IMG/VR virus record: IMGVR_UViG_3300010316_000005
Location: 96,001-160,000 of that record
DNA: 64,000 bases
Source of the DNA: a virus
Direction: 5' to 3' (one strand)
A model generated the notes under the pieces. That model was not told where the DNA came from and did not search any database. It worked only from the letters and a program-made list of their open reading frames with translations. The number at the start of each line of letters is the position of its first letter. The first letter of the stretch is position 1. Below are positions 58,148 through 64,000 of this stretch, piece by piece. Both the position numbers and the translations under genes were made by a program.

Positions 58148-61100
58148 TTGGCAGATGATGTAAACATTCAGAACGTAGGCGGCGACAATGGCGTAGCCAG
58201 TGAGGTCACGCTTGAACGTCTAGTGAAGTCTATTGAGAAATTAGCCAAGAATAGCGGCCTTGATCCAAAAGCCGAAGCTGCTAAGGTTCAAAAAGAACAC
58301 ACCAAAGCGGTTAACAGTGATATCGAAGTTGTTAGAGAGTCTACTAAGGAGCAAAAAGAGTATACCGACGCTGTAAAGGCGAGTACAAGGGCGCTAGGAA
58401 GCCTTGCAAAAGGTCTTATTGGAATGGCTGCTAGTACATTAGGTGCCTTAACTGGCAGTATGTCAGGTGTCATCAAAGAACTTAATGCAGGATCACGTGC
58501 ATTAACTGACTACGTACAACATCTACCAATAGCCGGCGAGCAATTGTCACAATTAACAGGTGTAATTGATAGTTCCTTTGATGCATTCCAGTCAATGGCC
58601 AAAGCCGGTGGTGCATTTAACTATAGTTTAACTGATATGAGAATAGCAGCCAAGCAAGCTGGCATGGACTTGATGGAATATAGTTCATTCATCAATCAAA
58701 ATTCTGATATAATGGCTTCATTTGGCGGAACAGTTACAAAAGGTGCTAAACAAATTAGTCAAATGACTAGCACAATGGCAGATGACACTCGAGAACAGTT
58801 AATTGCTATGGGGTTGACTGTTGAAGAAGTTACAGAACAAATGGCATACTATCAAACCCTTGATAGAGCAGGCGCTAGAACTAGATTATTTGACGCACAA
58901 CAGCAAGCCGAAGCAGCAGCCGGACTTACTAAAAATATGTTAACTTTATCTAAGCTAACTGGTAAAGATGTCCAAAGTATGCAAGATAAATTAGCTGCAA
59001 ACCAAGCTGATGTTGCTTTTCAGATGAAAATTGCTAAAATGGAAGACGAAGAACGTCAAAAATTCCAAAAAGGACTCAACGAGGCTCAAGAATTATATGG
59101 CGATGCTGGTGCATTGTTCTATAAACAGCAAGTATTAGGAATGCCGGCTCTAACTAGAGAAACTCAGATGCTAGTTGCTACTATGCCCGGTATGGCTGCA
59201 CAACTTTCTAACATGGCTACTACTGCCGGGGATGCTAATGTAACACTGCAACAGTTCGAAGCTGCTAAAATAGACAGAATGGTCAAAGGAATAGCAGCGG
59301 CAGCAGAAGCAGCCGGAGGAATGGAGCATCTTCTTGATGCATCAGCAGCTGGGTTGGACGGAGAAATTGGAATCATTTCGGATGTTCTTAACGGCATGGG
59401 AATACAATTTACCAAATATATCAAAACAGTTAATGGAGTTACAACATTTGAAGAAGATAAACTACGTGAGGACATTATTGCAGCACAACAACAACCAGAT
59501 TCTAATAAACCTGCTAATGAATTAATTACTTCAATGGCAGAGTCTCGAGATGCATTCTATGACGCCGCAGTAGCACTAGAAAAGGATGTGATTTCACCTT
59601 TAATTGATACCGCAGGCCCTCTAGTTAAAGAATTTGCTAGCTTGGCAGGCGAATTTACCGAGTCTGCCGTGTTTGACGACTTCTTTGAAGGTGTTAGAAC
59701 TACAATTGAAAAGTTTCGACCAATGATTGCTGATTTTATCGAAGCATTCAAGCATGATCCTAAACAAGCTGTTGTTGATATGTTCTCAAACATAACTGAT
59801 GCTATGTTAGATGTATTGCTAGGTCCAAATACTAAAACAATCAATACTCCATCTGGGCCACAAGAAGTTGATATAGAGCGCGAAGGCGGATTAGTTTATA
59901 AAATGTGGGATGCAGTTGCGCCAGCAATGATAGAAGGTGTGAAATACATTTGGGAAAACACTTATTTGGTTGAAGCTATGGCAGCAGGAGTTGTTGCGTT
60001 ATGGGCAGCACCAGCAGTTATTGGGGCACTTGCAAGTGCAATAACTGCTAGAATGGCAATGTCAGCACTTGATCTACCAGGCGGCCGCCGAGGTGGCAAA
60101 GGTATGCTTGGCCGATTAATGTCAGGTACAGGAAATATGTTAAAAGGTGCGCCGGCAGCTGGAGGCAATCTGTTAAAGTCGCTTGCTCCTTTTGCTCGTA
60201 TCGGTGCCGCACCGGTTGCAGGACTTACTGCCGCATTAACACCGACTGAGATGGCAGATGGTACACTTACCGGTCCAATTGAAAAAGAAATGCGTATAGA
60301 AGGCATCACAGTTGAATCAATTGGTGGCATGGAGGCGTGGGCTGCTGAAGTTGAAGAGAGATTACAAATTAAGTTAAACGACATGTCTCAAATAGATCCA
60401 AACGTTGCTCATATAACTGGCGCTATGATTCCTGAATTACAACAATTGTTTGATAATGTTAATCAATCATTGTCAGGAGTAAATGTATACTGGGGAAGAG
60501 AATGGAAAGGTCGTCAAGAAGACAGAGAAAAAATGGCCAATCTAATTAACAGTATTCAAAATTATGCTGAAAATGCCGAAGTTGATTTAGCAGACATACC
60601 AGAGTTTGCTCAAATTGTAGAAAAAATTAACACACCACGCAAGTTTGATTCGAGCACTCTAAATGCTGCTGAAAAACTTATGGCAGATAAAAATCCAGAT
60701 TTACTTGATCCAAGAAAATATCCTCAATATAATAACGGCACACAAGGATTTGAAAACTTTGGCAACGGTACTTTAGCTATGCTGCACGGTATGGAAGCTG
60801 TTGTTCCGATAGACAGTCCACTCGGTAAAATGATATCTGATTTAAATAGCTCTACTAATACAGTAAGCTTCAATCGAACTAATTCTGACATTGAGGAAAT
60901 GATGAGTGGACTAAATCGTTCTGTTAACTCATTAAACTTTAGTGAAGCTAATAGTAGCATCAGTAAAATGATGAGTGGTCTAAATCGGTCTGTTAACAAA
61001 TTAGACTTTAGTGAAGCTAATAGTAGCATCAGTGAAATGATGAGTGGCTTAAACGAGACTACTAAAAAATTAAACTTTAGTGAATTTGATGATACCAAAG

Positions 61101-61360
61101 AAGATACAAAAGTAATCCAAACAGAAAGCAAAGTTGATTTAACTGGCTTGACATCTGTAGTAGAAGAGTTGAAATCTTCACTATCGAATACTATGTCTAC
61201 TGCCAGTCAGGCGTCAAGTGAACAGGTGAAAGAGTTAAATACAACTATGCAACATATCTTAGCGATATTAACTCAACAAAAAGAACTTGATGTGAAGATT
61301 GAAAGAAATACAAGCGGTATAACAGGCAACATAGCAAGAGGGCGTGTCTCGAACATTTAA
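58148..61360 (+). CDS. Tape measure protein (gp29-like)
   Basis: 1070 aa, Ala/Met/Gln-rich and helical; L..LSKLTGK motif, hydrophobic segment, adjacent to the gp26-like gene. Confidence 0.72.
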   Translation: MADDVNIQNVGGDNGVASEVTLERLVKSIEKLAKNSGLDPKAEAAKVQKEHTKAVNSDIEVVRESTKEQKEYTDAVKASTRALGSLAKGLIGMAASTLGALTGSMSGVIKELNAGSRALTDYVQHLPIAGEQLSQLTGVIDSSFDAFQSMAKAGGAFNYSLTDMRIAAKQAGMDLMEYSSFINQNSDIMASFGGTVTKGAKQISQMTSTMADDTREQLIAMGLTVEEVTEQMAYYQTLDRAGARTRLFDAQQQAEAAAGLTKNMLTLSKLTGKDVQSMQDKLAANQADVAFQMKIAKMEDEERQKFQKGLNEAQELYGDAGALFYKQQVLGMPALTRETQMLVATMPGMAAQLSNMATTAGDANVTLQQFEAAKIDRMVKGIAAAAEAAGGMEHLLDASAAGLDGEIGIISDVLNGMGIQFTKYIKTVNGVTTFEEDKLREDIIAAQQQPDSNKPANELITSMAESRDAFYDAAVALEKDVISPLIDTAGPLVKEFASLAGEFTESAVFDDFFEGVRTTIEKFRPMIADFIEAFKHDPKQAVVDMFSNITDAMLDVLLGPNTKTINTPSGPQEVDIEREGGLVYKMWDAVAPAMIEGVKYIWENTYLVEAMAAGVVALWAAPAVIGALASAITARMAMSALDLPGGRRGGKGMLGRLMSGTGNMLKGAPAAGGNLLKSLAPFARIGAAPVAGLTAALTPTEMADGTLTGPIEKEMRIEGITVESIGGMEAWAAEVEERLQIKLNDMSQIDPNVAHITGAMIPELQQLFDNVNQSLSGVNVYWGREWKGRQEDREKMANLINSIQNYAENAEVDLADIPEFAQIVEKINTPRKFDSSTLNAAEKLMADKNPDLLDPRKYPQYNNGTQGFENFGNGTLAMLHGMEAVVPIDSPLGKMISDLNSSTNTVSFNRTNSDIEEMMSGLNRSVNSLNFSEANSSISKMMSGLNRSVNKLDFSEANSSISEMMSGLNETTKKLNFSEFDDTKEDTKVIQTESKVDLTGLTSVVEELKSSLSNTMSTASQASSEQVKELNTTMQHILAILTQQKELDVKIERNTSGITGNIARGRVSNI
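60897..61087 (+). repeat. 69-bp (23-aa) tandem repeat, about 2.8 copies, in the tape measure gene
   Basis: AAATGATGAGTGG at 60897, 60966 and 61035; unit MMSGLNRSVNxLxFSEANSSISx. Confidence 0.9.
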
Positions 61361-61374
61361 TAGGATAAACAGCC

Positions 61375-61923
61375 ATGTCATGGAAAAAATTTTATGTTTA
61401 TCAATATATAAGAGAAGATGGTTCTCCGTTTTATATTGGTAAAGGATCAAAGAATAGGATAAATGAAAGCCATTCTCCTTGGATACAGGTTCCTTCTGTT
61501 AAGTATAGAGAAATTATCAAAGACAACCTAACAGAGTTAGAAGCCTTTGACTTAGAACTTTTATTAATTAAAAAATACGGAAGACAAATAGATGGCGGCT
61601 TGTTAGAAAATAAAAAAATATCAAGATGGGTTGCGCAAGCAGGATGGACGCATTCAGACGAAGCAAAAGAAAAAATATCTAAAGCAAATTCTGGAAAAGT
61701 CAGAACAACAGAACAAAAGAAAAACTATAAGGGAACTAAGTCAGTAGAACATGCTAATAAAGTTAAAAAAGCTGTTCAAGAATTATGGAATGATCCTGAA
61801 TATAAGGCACAACGGCTAGCTAAAATTAAAGAAAAGCCGTTTGCTCATAAAGGAAAGCCTTGGAGTTCTTTAAGAAGAGAAGCACAAATGAAAAAACAAA
61901 TTAATAAAGGGGCGTCGTTATGA
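61375..61923 (+). CDS. Free-standing GIY-YIG homing endonuclease with NUMOD3-like motifs
   Basis: FYVYQY...PFYIGKG..R, E..LI..YGR, L.N, HSDEAKEKISKANSGK. Confidence 0.85.
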   Translation: MSWKKFYVYQYIREDGSPFYIGKGSKNRINESHSPWIQVPSVKYREIIKDNLTELEAFDLELLLIKKYGRQIDGGLLENKKISRWVAQAGWTHSDEAKEKISKANSGKVRTTEQKKNYKGTKSVEHANKVKKAVQELWNDPEYKAQRLAKIKEKPFAHKGKPWSSLRREAQMKKQINKGASL

Positions 61924-63677
61924 GCTGGAAAAAGCATTTCCAACCAGTGCCTACAGGAAATAACCCAAGCGGGAGTTATTCACCATTAAGCACAAGAACA
62001 CACGGGACACAGCCTGGACCAGCTAAAGCTAACTACTCTAGCTACCTTCCTGACGTCTATGTCGGAACTCCAAACAGAGTTGAGAGATACGGTCAGTATG
62101 ACACAATGGACCTTGACTCAGAAGTTAACGCGGCTCTTGACATCCTTGCTGAGTTTTGTACTCAAAAGAATGAACAGAATGATACGCATTTCACATTAAA
62201 CTTTAGAAACAAAGCGACTAATACTGAGATTACAGTTATTCAAAAGTATCTACAGCAATGGCAGAAACTACAAAACTTTGAAATAAGAATGTTTCGTATA
62301 CTTAGAAACTGTTTCAAGTATGGTGATGAATTTTATGTACGCGACCCAGAAACTAAAGAATGGTTTCATGTCGACGCTGCTAACGTAACAAAGATTATTG
62401 TAAACGAATCAGAAGGCAAGAAGCCGGAGCAATACGTTATCAAAAACTTTAACATCAACTTCGGAACCCAAGTAGCAACAACTCCTCAGCCAACAGCAGG
62501 CGGACAAGGCACTGCCGGAGCAAGCGGTACAGGTTATTATACTGGCGGCGCACAAGGAATGGTCGGCGGCGCACAAGCCGGCGGCACTGGCAACAGATGG
62601 ATGAATGAAGATAATGAAATTACTGTTGATGCTGACAATGTCATTCACTTGAGTTTGTCAGAAGGATTAGACAACAACTTTCCGTTTGGTAACTCACTAC
62701 TTGAAACAGTTTTCAAAGTGTATAAGCAAAAAGAATTACTAGAAGATGCGATTATTATCTATCGTGTACAACGTGCGCCAGAACGTAGAGTGTTCTACGT
62801 TGACGTAGGCAACATGCCAAGCCACTTGGCAATGCAGTTTGTTGAAAGAGTCAAAACAGAGATTCACCAAAGAAGAATTCCTTCTTCGACAGGCGGAGGG
62901 CAGAATGTCATAGACAGTAGCTACAATCCGTTGTCAATCAACGAAGACTATTTCTTCCCGCAAACAGCAGAAGGTAGAGGATCAAAAGTTGAAACACTAC
63001 CAGGTGGCACTAACCTAGGTGAGATTGACGACCTTAGATATTTCACTAACAAACTAGTTCGTGGTCTTCGTATTCCGAGTTCATACCTTCCAACAGGTGC
63101 TGACGATTCAAACGCACAGTACAACGACGGACGTGTAGGTACTGCATACATCCAAGAGCTACGCTTTAACACCTACTGTGAACGCTTGCAAGGTCTCCTA
63201 GTAGGCCAGTTTGATACAGAGTTTAAGAGATACTTGCTAGAGAAAGGTGTCAACGTTGATACTAATATGTTCTCACTCAAGTTCCAGCCGCCGCAGAACT
63301 TTGCTGCTTACCGTCAGAGTGAAATTGACAACGCAAGAATTCCAACGTTTACACAGATGTCGGCTATTCCATATGTTTCAAATCGTTTTGCTATGAAGCG
63401 ATTCTTAGGTATGACTGATGAAGAAATTGCTGAGAATGAACGTCTGTGGAGAGAAGAAAATGATGAAAACCTATCTATGGAACAACCAGATGCTAGCGGA
63501 GAACTAAGAAGCGCAGGTATTAGTTCAGCAGGCCTTGAAGGCGACATGGGCGGAATGGAAGATGAAATAGAAGGTGGCGAACCACCTATTGACGGAACTG
63601 CCGCTGACGGTCCAGGTTCAGTAACAGATAGTGGAGGCGGCGCAACTACTCCACCACAAACTAACCAAACGATATAA
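61920..63677 (+). CDS. gp20: Portal protein, T4 gp20-like
   Basis: MD.DSEVNAALDI, LLEDAIIIYRVQRAPERRVFYVDVGNMP, EDYFFP..GRGSKVETLPGG.NLGEIDD, LRIPSSYL. Confidence 0.95.
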   Translation: MSWKKHFQPVPTGNNPSGSYSPLSTRTHGTQPGPAKANYSSYLPDVYVGTPNRVERYGQYDTMDLDSEVNAALDILAEFCTQKNEQNDTHFTLNFRNKATNTEITVIQKYLQQWQKLQNFEIRMFRILRNCFKYGDEFYVRDPETKEWFHVDAANVTKIIVNESEGKKPEQYVIKNFNINFGTQVATTPQPTAGGQGTAGASGTGYYTGGAQGMVGGAQAGGTGNRWMNEDNEITVDADNVIHLSLSEGLDNNFPFGNSLLETVFKVYKQKELLEDAIIIYRVQRAPERRVFYVDVGNMPSHLAMQFVERVKTEIHQRRIPSSTGGGQNVIDSSYNPLSINEDYFFPQTAEGRGSKVETLPGGTNLGEIDDLRYFTNKLVRGLRIPSSYLPTGADDSNAQYNDGRVGTAYIQELRFNTYCERLQGLLVGQFDTEFKRYLLEKGVNVDTNMFSLKFQPPQNFAAYRQSEIDNARIPTFTQMSAIPYVSNRFAMKRFLGMTDEEIAENERLWREENDENLSMEQPDASGELRSAGISSAGLEGDMGGMEDEIEGGEPPIDGTAADGPGSVTDSGGGATTPPQTNQTI

Positions 63678-63680
63678 ATA
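63673..63680 (+). promoter_or_regulatory. T4-type late promoter TATAAATA overlapping the portal stop codon
   Basis: Exact T4 late consensus, 5 nt upstream of the ATG at 63686. Confidence 0.7.
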
Positions 63681-63685
63681 ACATT

Positions 63686-63934
63686 ATGCTACTACGTGAA
63701 CTATTTTATTTTGACAGGGAAACATTAGAAACAACAGACGACGACTCATACGAGCCGGAGTATGATGATACACCTCTGGGCAAAGACGATACTAGAAAAA
63801 CACGTTTGAAATTATTTCAAATAAACAGAATTAGAAAAGCATCAGACTTACACAACGGCGAAAAACAAAAAGAACTTGAATTTGTAAGACAGATGTACGG
63901 CGTGGCAGCTAATGCAGATACTGGCGGCTTATAA
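63686..63934 (+). CDS. Conserved-looking small phage protein downstream of the portal
   Basis: MLLRELF...DTRKTRL.L.QIN.IRK...VRQMYG. Confidence 0.7.
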   Translation: MLLRELFYFDRETLETTDDDSYEPEYDDTPLGKDDTRKTRLKLFQINRIRKASDLHNGEKQKELEFVRQMYGVAANADTGGL

Positions 63935-63941
63935 TTAACTA

Positions 63942-64000
63942 ATGACCAAGATTGCTTTTGTTCTCGGTAACGGTACTAGCAGAAAAGATATTGATCCGAT
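63942..64000 (+). CDS. Partial ORF (MTKIAFVLGNGTSRKDIDP...), function unknown
   Basis: ATG at 63942 after TAATTA; GNGxSR motif; runs off the window. Confidence 0.55.
   Translation, partial: MTKIAFVLGNGTSRKDIDP

Noticed and set aside
361-63547. Numerous short (60-143 aa) antisense or alternative-frame ORFs in the ORF track
   Set aside because: They lie inside long, motif-bearing genes and show no motifs or RBS. Treated as shadow ORFs.
1-64000. CRISPR array, tRNA genes, DGR/retron reverse transcriptase, stop-codon reassignment
   Set aside because: No repeat-spacer array, cloverleaf or RT motif was seen. Genes are long and intact in the standard code.

Overview
This is a 64-kb segment of a large T4-like (contractile-tailed) bacteriophage genome. 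From left to right: (i) 1-13.5 kb is a sugar-synthesis/modification island (UDP-glucose 6-dehydrogenase, DegT-type aminotransferase, SGNH hydrolase, amidinotransferase, cupin/2OG oxygenase, radical SAM, several glycosyltransferase-like genes). (ii) 13.5-50.1 kb is a minus-strand tail-fibre/baseplate block, including a 5118-aa wedge protein and gp6-, gp25-, gp5-, gp53- and gp48/54-like genes. (iii) Next come the late sigma factor gp55, gp47/gp46 (Mre11/Rad50) and a small GIY-YIG nuclease, followed by a ~560-nt ORF-free, strongly base-paired region. (iv) The right end holds a gp26/gp51-like pair, the tape measure, a homing endonuclease and the portal gp20. Most notable: a UDP-glucose dehydrogenase fractured at its catalytic Cys by a naturally split intein, with a free-standing endonuclease between the halves and a second cis intein; a candidate large multi-pseudoknot ncRNA directly behind the GIY-YIG gene; a likely -1 frameshift fusing the gp26- and gp51-like ORFs; a homing endonuclease sharing the portal's N-terminus; and apparently leaderless late transcripts. 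All assignments are by motif recognition only; no searches or folding programs were run.
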